A stretch of 64,000 nucleotides of DNA from Candidatus Cloacimonadales bacterium (GCA_963662585.1 OY759729.1:2080001-2144000); one strand, 5' to 3'; shown: positions 25,612 to 36,238, counted from the stretch's first letter. Translations and numbers: made by a program. Notes: generated by a model not told the origin, from the sequence alone.

Positions 25612-26315
25612 TGGCAGTAAGCTCTCAACACGACACTTTCTCTTTTAGAATTAATATTTTTATCAAAATTCTGTTAATAATAACTTTTATTATGGTAATA
25701 AATGGAGAGTCATACTTTATCTCAGGAATTGCTTTAGTTGGACTTCTAACCCTACTCCTTAAAGGTAAGATTAGAAATGGTTGGCTAAAACTAGTTTCCA
25801 AACTATCCTTTGTAATGATAGGCTATATTGCCTTAGATTTTATCTTTACAAATGACATTGAATCAGCCCTGACTTTTGTTGGAAAACTTCTCTGTTATTT
25901 ACTTTTATTAGTTTGGCTCAAAGAGAGTACATCTATGAAAACCTACTTATCAGATGTTTATTCAGCAACATTTATCTTTGGTGTTAATCTAATATCACGC
26001 AAAGTAGACTCATTTTTTCACTATTTCAACTTCTATTTAATTGCTACAATGAAACTTGTTAATAAATTTGTAGAGAGTTACGATCAGCTATTCCCTCAGA
26101 GAAGTTCTTTTATTAACCTTTTTCTTCAGGTTTTCTTAAATACAATGATGAGAATACCTGAAACTAAATTAGAGACTAATGCTGAAATGTCTGTTATTAA
26201 CTATCGAAATTTTGATTGGAAAGCTAATATACCAATAATGGTGATAATTCTTCTTTTAGGATTTCTCTATTGGTCAAACTGTGAGGAATTATGCAGAAGT
26301 TTCTTCTTAAGATAG
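25611..26315 (+). CDS. membrane protein, possibly a degenerate EcfT-like protein
   Basis: Several transmembrane segments; translationally coupled to its neighbours and upstream of truA. Confidence 0.6.
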   Translation: MAVSSQHDTFSFRINIFIKILLIITFIMVINGESYFISGIALVGLLTLLLKGKIRNGWLKLVSKLSFVMIGYIALDFIFTNDIESALTFVGKLLCYLLLLVWLKESTSMKTYLSDVYSATFIFGVNLISRKVDSFFHYFNFYLIATMKLVNKFVESYDQLFPQRSSFINLFLQVFLNTMMRIPETKLETNAEMSVINYRNFDWKANIPIMVIILLLGFLYWSNCEELCRSFFLR

Positions 26316-27070
26316 CCTATGATGGATCTTGTTACCATGGTTGGCAGAATCAGCCAAATGGCATTTCTGTTCAAGAAGTTTTAGAAACAGCCTTAACTAA
26401 AATAGCTAAAACTAATATAGCTATTGTCGGTTCAGGAAGAACAGATACTGGTGTACATGCTTTAGCTCAGTATGCACATCTTTACTTTCCTCTAAATATG
26501 ACAACTAAGCAGATTAGATTAGCCCTTCGTACTAAGCTTCCAGATTCAGTTAGAGTTACTGAAGTGCACCTTATAAATGATAATCTTCACGCTAGATTTA
26601 CAGCATCAAAGAGAAGTTATAAATATATCCTTACTAAAGCAAAGAATCCTTTCAACAGACTCTATAAGAGTTTCGTTCCCTATCAAAAGTTAGATATTGA
26701 AAAGATGAAAAAAGTGATTCCTTTTCTGCTCGGAGAACATGACTTTGCCTCTTTCTGTAAGCCTAATCCCCAAATCCCCAACACAGTATGCAATCTTACT
26801 CAGTTTGATCTTATAGAAGACGATAAGGATATTATCTTTTATATTAGTGCTAACAGATTTTTGCATAATATGGTTAGACGCTTAGTGGGAACTTTAATCT
26901 CTTTTTCTCATCATGATTATGAGCCTAGTATGGTAAAAGATTTATTAGAAGCTAAAGAAGGTAATCAAAATATTATCTTTACTGCCCCACCTAACGGTCT
27001 CTATTTATATAATGTTGAATATCCTGATTTTGAGAAACTTGTTTTGGAATCTTCAATCGAGGAGATATAA
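26291..27070 (+). CDS. truA: tRNA pseudouridine(38-40) synthase
   Basis: YDGS.YHGWQ, GSGRTDTGVHA, FLHNMVR and APPNGLYL. Confidence 0.97.
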   Translation: MQKFLLKIAYDGSCYHGWQNQPNGISVQEVLETALTKIAKTNIAIVGSGRTDTGVHALAQYAHLYFPLNMTTKQIRLALRTKLPDSVRVTEVHLINDNLHARFTASKRSYKYILTKAKNPFNRLYKSFVPYQKLDIEKMKKVIPFLLGEHDFASFCKPNPQIPNTVCNLTQFDLIEDDKDIIFYISANRFLHNMVRRLVGTLISFSHHDYEPSMVKDLLEAKEGNQNIIFTAPPNGLYLYNVEYPDFEKLVLESSIEEI

Positions 27071-27828
27071 TGAAGAAGATGAACTATTTTATGACTATTG
27101 CAGCTTCAGATAATTCTGGAGGAGCAGGAATTCAACAAGACCTAAAAGTCGCAGATAGATTAGGTTTTTGGGGACTCTCTGTTCTAACAGGAATTACAGT
27201 GCAAGACTTTTCAGGTTTAGATGCCATCTATCCTCTTCCCTTAGATTTAATCAAAGAGCAGTTCCTTAAAAATATTAATTCTTTCAAAATCGATGTTATC
27301 AAAATAGGTGCGCTCTGTTCTCCAGAAATTACAGAAGTTATCACTAAGCTACTCCAAGAACATTACCAAGGAATTGTTGTTATTGATCCAGTTCTTGCTC
27401 CTACAAAAGGAAAGTCCTTCATCTCTAGTTCAGATATAGATGTTTATAAAAATCTTCTTAAACAAGCTACTTTCCTTACACCTAACAAAAGTGAATTAGA
27501 GCAACTTACTCAAGGGAAAGCTACTTCCTACCTTGAAGCGATTAACCTTGCCCATGAATTAGTTAGGCAAACTAAATGTAATATTTATATTAAAGGTGGA
27601 CACTTTACTTCTCCACAATCTGATGAAATAAAAGAGTATCTTGTTACTGCAGATAGTCAAATGTTATTTACTAAAGCCAAAGGAATTTTTACCTATTCAC
27701 ATGGAACAGGTTGTTTCTTTGCTTCAGCTTTAGCCTGCTACTTAGTTAAATACTCCAATGTAGAAAAAGCTTGCAAGATGGCTACAGAAGAAGTATCATT
27801 ATTCTATTCTGATATTAACAAGAATTAG
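27070..27828 (+). CDS. thiD: hydroxymethylpyrimidine/phosphomethylpyrimidine kinase
   Basis: IAASDNSGGAGIQQD, DPV, TPN, KGGH and HGTGC. Confidence 0.9.
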   Translation: MKKMNYFMTIAASDNSGGAGIQQDLKVADRLGFWGLSVLTGITVQDFSGLDAIYPLPLDLIKEQFLKNINSFKIDVIKIGALCSPEITEVITKLLQEHYQGIVVIDPVLAPTKGKSFISSSDIDVYKNLLKQATFLTPNKSELEQLTQGKATSYLEAINLAHELVRQTKCNIYIKGGHFTSPQSDEIKEYLVTADSQMLFTKAKGIFTYSHGTGCFFASALACYLVKYSNVEKACKMATEEVSLFYSDINKN

Positions 27829-28577
27829 CTTTTAACTTTCAATTCACTCTTGGGTATATGTATTTCAATAACTCCTGAAGAATAAGGTGCAATAGAGTAT
27901 GGTTGGAAAGTAAGTAATAATCCCTCATTAGTGAAGTTCCAAACATTAAATAAATCTGGGGATGCTTTTATCATATTATCAAAGATGGGAATATTATTCT
28001 TCAGACAATAATTTGTGCAATATTCTGCAATTTTATCAACATTCAAGTTCGGGAACTTTTCAGCTAATTTATATCCTTTTAAGTTCTTGAGGTCTATGTT
28101 AAAGCTTTTTACTGTTGTATTACCGTGAGCCCCGCCAGTATATTCATAAGCTGTTAACTTCAAGGCAAGTTCAGTCTGAGATTGATAAACAATTTCGAAA
28201 TTCCATTTCTGTATATAGCTAAAATTCTGATAATACTCATCTTTAACTTTATCTCGGTTGTAGAAAGAATCTATAAATTGCTTAATTCTGGAACTTCTAT
28301 AATCTGTAATTCTCTTGATTGCAAATACTTTTTCAGCATCTGACATTAAAGGAAATTGAATTGTTTGAACAAATATGGTGTCTTGAGAATTTACTTTAAT
28401 ATACTCATCATTAAGCAAGACCTTTTTAGCTACTGAAGTTGGAACTGGATTTTGAATAGCTCTTTTAGGAACTGTAGCCAGTCTAGATTGATTATTTACC
28501 CCTTGCTGTCCATTAATTTCACTAATATACCCTACTAACATTAAACTTAGAACTAAAATTTTAATAACTTTAAGCAT
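27825..28577 (-). CDS. RsiV/DUF3298-family secreted protein
   Basis: Signal peptide, YTGGAHG and F.PYSIAPYSSG motifs. Confidence 0.8.
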   Translation of the reverse strand: MLKVIKILVLSLMLVGYISEINGQQGVNNQSRLATVPKRAIQNPVPTSVAKKVLLNDEYIKVNSQDTIFVQTIQFPLMSDAEKVFAIKRITDYRSSRIKQFIDSFYNRDKVKDEYYQNFSYIQKWNFEIVYQSQTELALKLTAYEYTGGAHGNTTVKSFNIDLKNLKGYKLAEKFPNLNVDKIAEYCTNYCLKNNIPIFDNMIKASPDLFNVWNFTNEGLLLTFQPYSIAPYSSGVIEIHIPKSELKVKS

Positions 28578-28898
28578 TATACTTTCCCTTTTTTTAAATA
28601 TATCTTTTTATTTAAATATAATAATATATTTATTCTTTTTGTCCAGCTCAAAATTATTTAATATTATAGTAATTATAATTTCAAAGAATCTGACCCCTTT
28701 TTAAAAGACTTTTATTCCTTCAATGCAATTCTCAAAAATCATTGAAGGGATGAGTTTTGATAAATAATGTCTTTTTTCTTGAGAAAGAAATACCTTGTTT
28801 CCGAAAAGAATTTTTAATAAATAAAAAAAAAAACTTAACGAAAATCATTTAATTAATTTAATGGTATTTAGAATTATATCGTAGAGAATGGAGAGAAT

Positions 28899-29840
28899 AT
28901 GAAATTAGTAATGGCTCCCTTGTTAGCTATAACTGATAATAAGTTCAGGAATATTTATCAAAAGCACTTCCCGTATTTTGATTATGCAATTGCCCCCTTT
29001 GTTAGTTTGACTGATGGTAATAAACTAACTAAAAGGGCTTTTATGGATTTACATCCGGTAGATCAAAAGATGAAGATTATTCCTCAATTGCTGAATCATA
29101 ACCAAGAATCATTTATCAATGCTTGTGAATTTCTCTACTTCTGGGGCTACCAAGAGATTAATCTCAATTTAGCTTGCCCCGCTAAAATAATTATGAGTAA
29201 AGGAAGAGGTTCAGGACTCTTAAATTATCCTGAACAAATCGATAGAATATTAAATAATATCTGTTCAAATTTAGATAAACAAGAATTGACTGTTAAAATT
29301 AGAGCTGGAAGATATCATCATTCTGAATTCCAAAATCTCATCCAAGTATTAAACCGTTACCCCTTGAAAGGGGTCATTATACATCCTAGAACTGCTGTTC
29401 AAATGTATGAAGATGAAGTAAATCTCGATGTTATAGCTGATGCTATTACTGACCTCTTAGCCCCTATTACCTATAGTGGTGATATCTTCACGATTAATGA
29501 TTTCTTAACACTACAAGAGAGATTTCCTACCATCAAAAGCTGGATGATAGGAAGAGGCATGCTGATGAATCCTTTCCTCCCTTGGTTTATCAGAGGTGGA
29601 AAAGAAAGTATTATTTGCAAGACTAAACTTTTAGAATGGTATCAAGATCTATTTCAGACCTTAGATCAGTACTCTAACAGTGATTTTTATGTCCTGGGAA
29701 GAATGAAAAATATCTGGAAGTACCTAGCTAACAGCTTTGACCAAAAAAATGAAATTATTTCTACTCTACTTCCTCTTTTAGATAAAGAGAAGTTCTTTGA
29801 GTTAAGTTATAATTATTTAAAAGAATACGAATTAAAATAA
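28899..29840 (+). CDS. tRNA-dihydrouridine synthase family protein
   Basis: MAPL, INLNLACP, GRGSGLL, IHPRT and MIGRG. Confidence 0.9.
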   Translation: MKLVMAPLLAITDNKFRNIYQKHFPYFDYAIAPFVSLTDGNKLTKRAFMDLHPVDQKMKIIPQLLNHNQESFINACEFLYFWGYQEINLNLACPAKIIMSKGRGSGLLNYPEQIDRILNNICSNLDKQELTVKIRAGRYHHSEFQNLIQVLNRYPLKGVIIHPRTAVQMYEDEVNLDVIADAITDLLAPITYSGDIFTINDFLTLQERFPTIKSWMIGRGMLMNPFLPWFIRGGKESIICKTKLLEWYQDLFQTLDQYSNSDFYVLGRMKNIWKYLANSFDQKNEIISTLLPLLDKEKFFELSYNYLKEYELK

Positions 29841-29853
29841 GGAATTATTATAA

Positions 29854-30996
29854 ATGTTTGAATATAGAAAAGAAAATAGATATTTTGCCCAAATCACTGG
29901 GTCTTTAGAATTAATGGTAAAAAAAGAACTTACCGAACTTGGCGCTACTGATATTGAGATATCCAAGAGTGGATGTCACTTCTCTGCCTCTGATAGAGCT
30001 CTTTATAAAATTATTTTGTTAGCAAAAACTCCACAAAGAATTCTAGCTCCTTTAGTAAAATTTGACTGCTTCTCTACCAAATATCTAGGAATTCTTTGTT
30101 ATAAAGATATCCATTGGTCTCAACTCTTTAGCGTAGATGAGAAATTCGGTATCATGACTAATGTCAAAGATAGTATCATTACCAATTCTCTTTATGCAGG
30201 GCAAGTTATGAAGGATTCTATCTGCCACCAATTTATCCTCAAAACTGAAAGGCGTCCTGATTTTAGTATTAAAGATGCTGACATCCTTTTTAACCTGCAT
30301 ATTGATAATAATAAGGCTACCATTAGTTTAGATCTTACAGGAAGCTCAATGCATAAAAGAGGATATAAGATTCAAAGTATTAAATCTTCTATTCAAGAGA
30401 CTATAGCTGCTGCCCTTGTAAGGGAAACTAACTGGGATGGAAAAACTAAACTTCTAGACTTTATGTGTGGCTCTGGAACTTTCCTCGGAGAAGCTATTCT
30501 GAATTACTGCCAATTTCCTAATGACCTGATTAAAACTAATAATCATCTTAAAAGGTTACCAAATTTTAATGAAAAACTCTGGAATGAAGTGAAAGATGAA
30601 GTTCAAAAGAACACTAAAATCTTACCTAAGAATTTAATTTTCGGTAGCGATAGCTCTCCTACAGCAGTAGTTGCGGCTAAAGCAAATCTGGCAAAAATAC
30701 ATTACGGTGACAGAGTGGTTGTTCAAGATAGGAACTTTAAATCTATTAATTTTGTGGCTGATTGCACAATTATTATTAACCCACCTTATGGGAACACCTA
30801 TGATGATCAAGATACTCTTTTAGAAACATATAGGGATATCGGGAAATTCTTTAAAGATAAATGTGAAAACTGCCAAGCTTTTGTGCTTGCAGGAGACCAA
30901 AAACTAGTTGATGCTATTGGACTTAAACCTGAGTGGCAAAAGAGTGTTAGAACTGGTCCAGTTAATAGTATCTTTGCTAAGTTTGTGCTGAGATAG
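29854..30996 (+). CDS. THUMP-domain RNA methyltransferase (RlmL-like)
   Basis: SMHKRGY, ETIAAA, DFMCGSGTF and NPPYG. Confidence 0.88.
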   Translation: MFEYRKENRYFAQITGSLELMVKKELTELGATDIEISKSGCHFSASDRALYKIILLAKTPQRILAPLVKFDCFSTKYLGILCYKDIHWSQLFSVDEKFGIMTNVKDSIITNSLYAGQVMKDSICHQFILKTERRPDFSIKDADILFNLHIDNNKATISLDLTGSSMHKRGYKIQSIKSSIQETIAAALVRETNWDGKTKLLDFMCGSGTFLGEAILNYCQFPNDLIKTNNHLKRLPNFNEKLWNEVKDEVQKNTKILPKNLIFGSDSSPTAVVAAKANLAKIHYGDRVVVQDRNFKSINFVADCTIIINPPYGNTYDDQDTLLETYRDIGKFFKDKCENCQAFVLAGDQKLVDAIGLKPEWQKSVRTGPVNSIFAKFVLR

Positions 30997-31005
30997 CCTT
31001 TATCA

Positions 31006-31400
31006 TTCGCTCCTATAGGAGCGAAACCTTTTTTAGGGGTAACTTGTTTGCTACCAAGAAATAGCTCCTCTGGAGCTAAGACTCATCATGAGCTATTTGC
31101 TACCAAGAAATAGCTCCTCTGGAGCTAAGACTTACCAATGACCATCTGCTATCAAGAAACAGCTCCTCTGGAGCTAAGACTTACCAATGACCATCTGCTA
31201 CCAAGAAATAGCTCCGCTGGAGCATCGGAAAAGAACATCCAGTAACCCAAAATAAACCAAATATTTATATTTACTCCGTAGGAGTAGTTTTTTGGTAGTC
31301 GAAGATTGAACAGAAAACTTCTTCGCTCCGTAGGTGCGGTTTCTTGGTAGTACAAGATTGACCACCACATAAACCCCTTCGCTCCGTAGGTGCGAATTTA
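31006..31400. repeat. REP-like hairpin cassette, copy 1
   Basis: Lead hairpin TCGCTCCTATAGGAGCGA, four 49-bp tandem units (31050, 31099, 31148, 31197), then three inverted units ending TTGGTAG or GGTGCGAA. Confidence 0.9.
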
Positions 31401-31401
31401 A

Positions 31402-31854
31402 TCAATCAAATAGATATTTTTTATCATATTCAACATCAAATTTATCCATAAAAGAGATATATTCCTCTTCAAACTTAAAGCGTTTGTGATGCATTGGTTG
31501 ATTAATAATATATTTACACACAGTATCAACCTGAGATTTTGAATACGAAAAACCACCACAACCCCTCTGCCAAGCAAATTTCCCAATGACTAGCCTTTTT
31601 TCATTTATCCATTTTGATGAACCTGCTTTAATGTCTCTTACCAAATCAGCAACAGTAAGATTTGGATTTAAACCAACCAAGATATGAATATGGTCAGGAT
31701 TGCAATAAATGGCGAGGGTTTTAGATTTTCGACTTGCTATTATTTTAGTGATATATTTTTCTACTTCATTTCTGATTGATTCTTTGATGATCCAACACCT
31801 TGATTCTGTGGAAAAAATAAGGTGAACAAACAACTGGGTATAGGTATTTGCCAT
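31402..31854 (-). mobile_element. tnpA: IS200/IS605-family Y1 (HUH) transposase TnpA, no tnpB
   Basis: HLIFST, DHIHIL (HUH motif), IKAGSSKW, AWQ.G and catalytic YIINQ; AGAGGA RBS. Confidence 0.93.
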
Positions 31855-31884
31855 AACATCTCCTCTCTTGTTTTTCTATATTCC

Positions 31885-32452
31885 TATTATATTCAACAAT
31901 ATTTATAGATTAATCCTGTTTCGCACCTACGGAGCGAAACTTGTTTAGGGGTAACTTGTTTGCTACCAAGAAACAGCTCCTCTGGAGCTAAGACTTACCA
32001 ATGACTATCTGCTACCAAGAAATAGCTCCGCTGGAGCTAAGACTTACCAATGACCATCTGCTACCAAGAAACAGCTCCGCTGGAGCTAAGACTTACCAAT
32101 GACCATCTGCTACCAAGAAACAGCTCCGCTGGAGCATCGGAAAAGAACATCCGGTAACCCAAAATAAACCAAATATTTATATTTACTCCATAGGAGTAGT
32201 TTCTTGGTAGTCGAAGATTGAACAGAAAACTTCTTCGCTCCGTAGGTGCGGTTTCTTGGTAGAACAAGATTGACCACCACATAAACCCCTTCGCACCGTA
32301 GGTGCGAATTTAATCAATCAAATAGATATTTATTATTATATTCAACAATATTTATAGATTAATCCTGTTTCGCTCCTATAGGATCGAAACCTCTTTTAGG
32401 GGTAACTTGTTTGCTACCAAGAAACAACTCCTCTGGAGCTAAAACTTATCAT
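31885..32452. repeat. REP-like hairpin cassette copy 2, deleted-tnpA junction and partial copy 3
   Basis: Near-identical to 31006-31420 (offset ~912; units at 31962, 32011, 32060, 32109). Followed by the tnpA tail fused to tnpA-upstream sequence and a restart of the cassette at about 32370. Confidence 0.9.
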
Positions 32453-33243
32453 CTTTCTGCCTGTCAATTCTAAAACCCTCTTTAACTAAGTTGGGTTGTA
32501 TATTTATAGTCTAAAGCCTTGGTAGGATTAGTAGCATTTTCATATTCATCATAATAGGCATTAGCAAGGAGAAATATCTCTCATTATATCATCTTTATAA
32601 CTTAATTAGTAACTTAGTTTATCCTAATTAAATATTATAAATAGAAGCATCAAGCTAAAAAATAAAAGTAGTTAATTTTACTTATTAGCAGAGAAACAGC
32701 TTAGATAATTTCATTTTATGATCCTTTAAATGTCCTTTTAGGAGCTTGAAGTATGCCTTCTCTTTTGATATTAACTGCTCTTCACTTGCTACTTCTCACT
32801 CATTTCAAATAATAACCAAAGAATGCTTGAGAAGAGTGAGAAGGAGCATTTATAGATCAAAGGGAAAGGGTGAAGCGTGGCTACTTCTGAGTAAGAATCC
32901 CATGCCTTTTTATGTGCGGTAAACTCTATAGATTTATCTTTTTCATAGTTTTACCTTTAAGTCAAACAAGTACTCTTTTCCATGATCTATAGCATTATTG
33001 GGGTAAATGTTTAACAGTCTTTTACTCTTCATAACCTTTCTTCTATCTCTTCTTTTTACTGTCTTTTGTGGCTTTGGTCTTTATTCCAAACATCATGATA
33101 AATTTATCGAATTAAAAAACTTGCATAAATTTAAAGTCTCATTTATTTGGGGTACTAAAGAATAATAAAAGAAATTGAGAGATATTTTTACAAATTATTG
33201 TAAGATAGAATTTATAATATTAAAAAAATAGTTGGGAGACAAG

Positions 33244-34572
33244 ATGAGTTTAAAAACATTTATGGGTGGAGCACATCCTCATGATTTTAAAGAATTTTCT
33301 AAAGATGCTTTCATCGAAGAATTTCCCCTCCCCAAGAAGGTAATTATCCAATTATCTCAGCACATAGGTGCACCATCAAAGCCGATTGTTAAAGTTGGTG
33401 ATGAGGTTAAAACAGGACAAGTGATAGCAGAGGCGGGTGGATTTGTTTCTATTCCGATGCACTCTTCTATTACCGGGAAAGTTACAAAGATTGCGAAGTT
33501 TCCACATCCAGCAGGAAATAGTCAGATGGCTATTGAAATTACTGGAGATGGAAAGACAGATGAATGGGTAGAATTGATAGATGAGAAGGATTATTTATCC
33601 CTTTCTATTGATGAAATGAAGAAAAGAATATTAGAAGCAGGTGTTTGTGGAATGGGCGGTGCTGGATTCCCGACCCATGTGAAGTTATCTCCACCTCCAG
33701 ACAAACCTATTGATACAGTTATTCTTAATGGTGTTGAATGCGAACCCTTCCTAACAGCTGATTACAGAATTATGTTAGAGCAAGCTGAAGACATTATTAA
33801 AGGCTTAAAGATTTTTATGAAGATAGTCAAGGCTTCCAAGGGAATTATAGGTATTGAAGCCAACAAGCCTGATGCAATTAAGCATATAAGCAACTTAGCA
33901 AGTAAAGAAAGCAACATTGAAGTTGTGGCCTTGAAAGTTAAGTATCCTCAAGGTGCTGAAAAACAACTAATCTATGCTGCAACCAAGCGTAAAGTTCCTA
34001 ACAAAGGTGGACTTCCAATGGAAGCGAAAGTTGTGGTTCAGAATGTTGGAACTGCCATTGCTGTCTATGAAGCTGTTTCTAAGAAGAAGCCTTTGATAGA
34101 GAGAGTAATCACTGTTACAGGTGGAATTGTGAAAAACCCTAAGAACTATCGTGCAAGAATCGGTACACTTTATTCCGAGCTTCTTGAAGGTGCTGGTGGA
34201 GTAAGTGAAGAGATTGGTTCTGTGATTTCTGGTGGTCCTATGATGGGCTTTGCTATTCCTACTTTAGAGACTCCAATGACTAAAGGTTCTTCTGGACTCT
34301 TGCTTTTTAATAACAAACAAGCTAAGCGTAATCAAGAAATGAACTGTATATCTTGTGCTGGCTGTGTGAATGTTTGCCCGATGAATTTGATTCCTAATAT
34401 GATAGTCAGAGCAGTAAAATATAGTGATTGGGAAATGGCAGAAAAGGCTGGTGCTATGGACTGTATGAAGTGTGGAACTTGTGCTTTTGTTTGTCCTGCT
34501 AATATTAATATTATTCAATATGTTGATATTGCTAAGTCTAAAATCTTTGAACAACGAAAAAAGGCTAAATAG
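33244..34572 (+). CDS. rnfC: Rnf complex subunit C
   Basis: QHIGAP, GMGGAGFPTHVK, NGVECEPFLTAD, YPQGAEK and two 4Fe-4S motifs. Confidence 0.96.
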   Translation: MSLKTFMGGAHPHDFKEFSKDAFIEEFPLPKKVIIQLSQHIGAPSKPIVKVGDEVKTGQVIAEAGGFVSIPMHSSITGKVTKIAKFPHPAGNSQMAIEITGDGKTDEWVELIDEKDYLSLSIDEMKKRILEAGVCGMGGAGFPTHVKLSPPPDKPIDTVILNGVECEPFLTADYRIMLEQAEDIIKGLKIFMKIVKASKGIIGIEANKPDAIKHISNLASKESNIEVVALKVKYPQGAEKQLIYAATKRKVPNKGGLPMEAKVVVQNVGTAIAVYEAVSKKKPLIERVITVTGGIVKNPKNYRARIGTLYSELLEGAGGVSEEIGSVISGGPMMGFAIPTLETPMTKGSSGLLLFNNKQAKRNQEMNCISCAGCVNVCPMNLIPNMIVRAVKYSDWEMAEKAGAMDCMKCGTCAFVCPANINIIQYVDIAKSKIFEQRKKAK

Positions 34573-34580
34573 GAGTTTAA

Positions 34581-35669
34581 ATGTCGAATAATATATACAA
34601 AGTATCACCTGCTCCTCATTTACACGAGCATATTTCAACTAAGAAAATAATGTGGATGGTAGTAATTGCCTTACTTCCTGCGATGGCAGTAGGAACTTAC
34701 TCCTTCGGATTCAAGGCTCTCTTCCTTACTCTTGTGGGTGGATTAGCTGCTGTTGCTTGTGAAGCCTTAATCCAAATGTGGCGTAAAGTACCAATTTCTG
34801 TTTCAGACGGTTCAGCCTTTCTAACAGGAATCTTGGTTTCCTTTAATATCCACGCAAATGCCCCTTACTGGTTACCTATTGTTGGTTCAATTTTTGCTAT
34901 TGCCGTTGGTAAACAAGTTTTTGGTGGCTTAGGAAATAATCCTTTGAATCCTGCTCTCTTAGGAAGAGCTTTCTTATTAGCTTCTTGGCCTACACTTATG
35001 ACTGATGGCTGGAAGCATACCCTTAAAAATTCTATTAGTGGAATCTCAGAATCTACTATCGCTAATGTGCAGAATATGTCTAACATTGCTTATACAAAAA
35101 TTACTTCTGCAACTCCCCTAAATGTTATTAAATCAGTTAGAGATGTCGATATGTTCTCCGATGCTGTTGACCCAAGCTTAGTCCAACACACTATTTTCAA
35201 TGGTTTACTCGATTGGCCTTCACTCGGAAATCTCTTCTATGGGAATATCGGTGGTTGTATTGGTGAAGTTTCTGCTATTGCTCTTTTAATTGGTGGACTC
35301 TTCTTAATGATGAAACACATAATCGATTGGAGAATCCCTTTCTCTTATATAGGAACAGCTTTTGTTCTCGCTTGGGCTTTTGGTGGAATCGATGGTCTAT
35401 TCTCTGGCGGAATTCAGCTTCCATTATTCCATATTCTTTCAGGTGGCTTGATGCTTGGTGCTTTCTTTATGGCAACAGATTATGTTTCTACTCCTGTTAC
35501 TAAGCGTGGAAGAATTATCTTCGGTATTGGTTGTGGTGTCTTAACTATCACTATCAGAATCGTTGGTGGCTACCCTGAAGGCGTCTCTTACTCTATTCTC
35601 TTAATGAACCTTGCTACTCCACTTATTGATAAATGGACAATGCCTAAAGCATTTGGAGAGGTGAAATAA
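34581..35669 (+). CDS. rnfD: Rnf complex subunit D
   Basis: KQVFGGLG.N..NPAL, TSATPL (FMN site), GCIGE and FMATD. Confidence 0.96.
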   Translation: MSNNIYKVSPAPHLHEHISTKKIMWMVVIALLPAMAVGTYSFGFKALFLTLVGGLAAVACEALIQMWRKVPISVSDGSAFLTGILVSFNIHANAPYWLPIVGSIFAIAVGKQVFGGLGNNPLNPALLGRAFLLASWPTLMTDGWKHTLKNSISGISESTIANVQNMSNIAYTKITSATPLNVIKSVRDVDMFSDAVDPSLVQHTIFNGLLDWPSLGNLFYGNIGGCIGEVSAIALLIGGLFLMMKHIIDWRIPFSYIGTAFVLAWAFGGIDGLFSGGIQLPLFHILSGGLMLGAFFMATDYVSTPVTKRGRIIFGIGCGVLTITIRIVGGYPEGVSYSILLMNLATPLIDKWTMPKAFGEVK

Positions 35670-36238
35670 TGAAGTATTATCTTAAATTAGGTATTATCTT
35701 ATTTGTAACTTGTGCCATTGCTACTGGTATTTTGGCCTATCTAAACGGCTTAACTGCTCCGATGATTAAAGAAGTAAAAGATAAAGAAGCTAAAGAAGCT
35801 CAATTAGAAGTTACTAAAGTTGATGAAAATGATTCTACTCCTTATACCTTTGAAGCAAGATTCTTAGACTTAGATATCAAGGGTGATTCAGTCTTCTATT
35901 TTGTTGCTTTTAATGAAGACAAGGAGAAAGTTGGTTTTGTTATGACTGCCACTAAATACGGCTATTCTAGCAATGTCAAGACAGTTGTCGGACTCAATAA
36001 CGAATTCAAAATAAAGAAAATTAAAGTGATTGATCAAGCTGAGACTCCTGGTCTTGGTGCTAAATGTGTGAATGCTGATTTTGCTCCTCGCTTTGCTAAC
36101 TTAGGAGTGAATGAACTCAAAGTTGATAAAGATGGTGGGACTATTCAATCTATCACAGGTGCAACCATTACTACCAGAACAATCAGCAACTCTATCAAGG
36201 AATCTCTGCAACTTCTAATGGAAAAGGAGGCTAACTAA
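35669..36238 (+). CDS. rnfG: Rnf complex subunit G
   Basis: ETPGLG and ITGATITT FMN-binding motif. Confidence 0.95.
   Translation: MKYYLKLGIILFVTCAIATGILAYLNGLTAPMIKEVKDKEAKEAQLEVTKVDENDSTPYTFEARFLDLDIKGDSVFYFVAFNEDKEKVGFVMTATKYGYSSNVKTVVGLNNEFKIKKIKVIDQAETPGLGAKCVNADFAPRFANLGVNELKVDKDGGTIQSITGATITTRTISNSIKESLQLLMEKEAN

Noticed and set aside
31050..32140. 49-bp periodic repeats as a CRISPR array
   Set aside because: The inter-repeat sequences are essentially identical rather than unique spacers, units occur in both orientations, and there are no cas genes.
31152..32282. Duplicate ORFs MWWSIL... (31152-31370 and 32061-32282) and ORF 31398-31586
   Set aside because: The first two are translations of the repeat cassette; the third is an alternate frame of tnpA.
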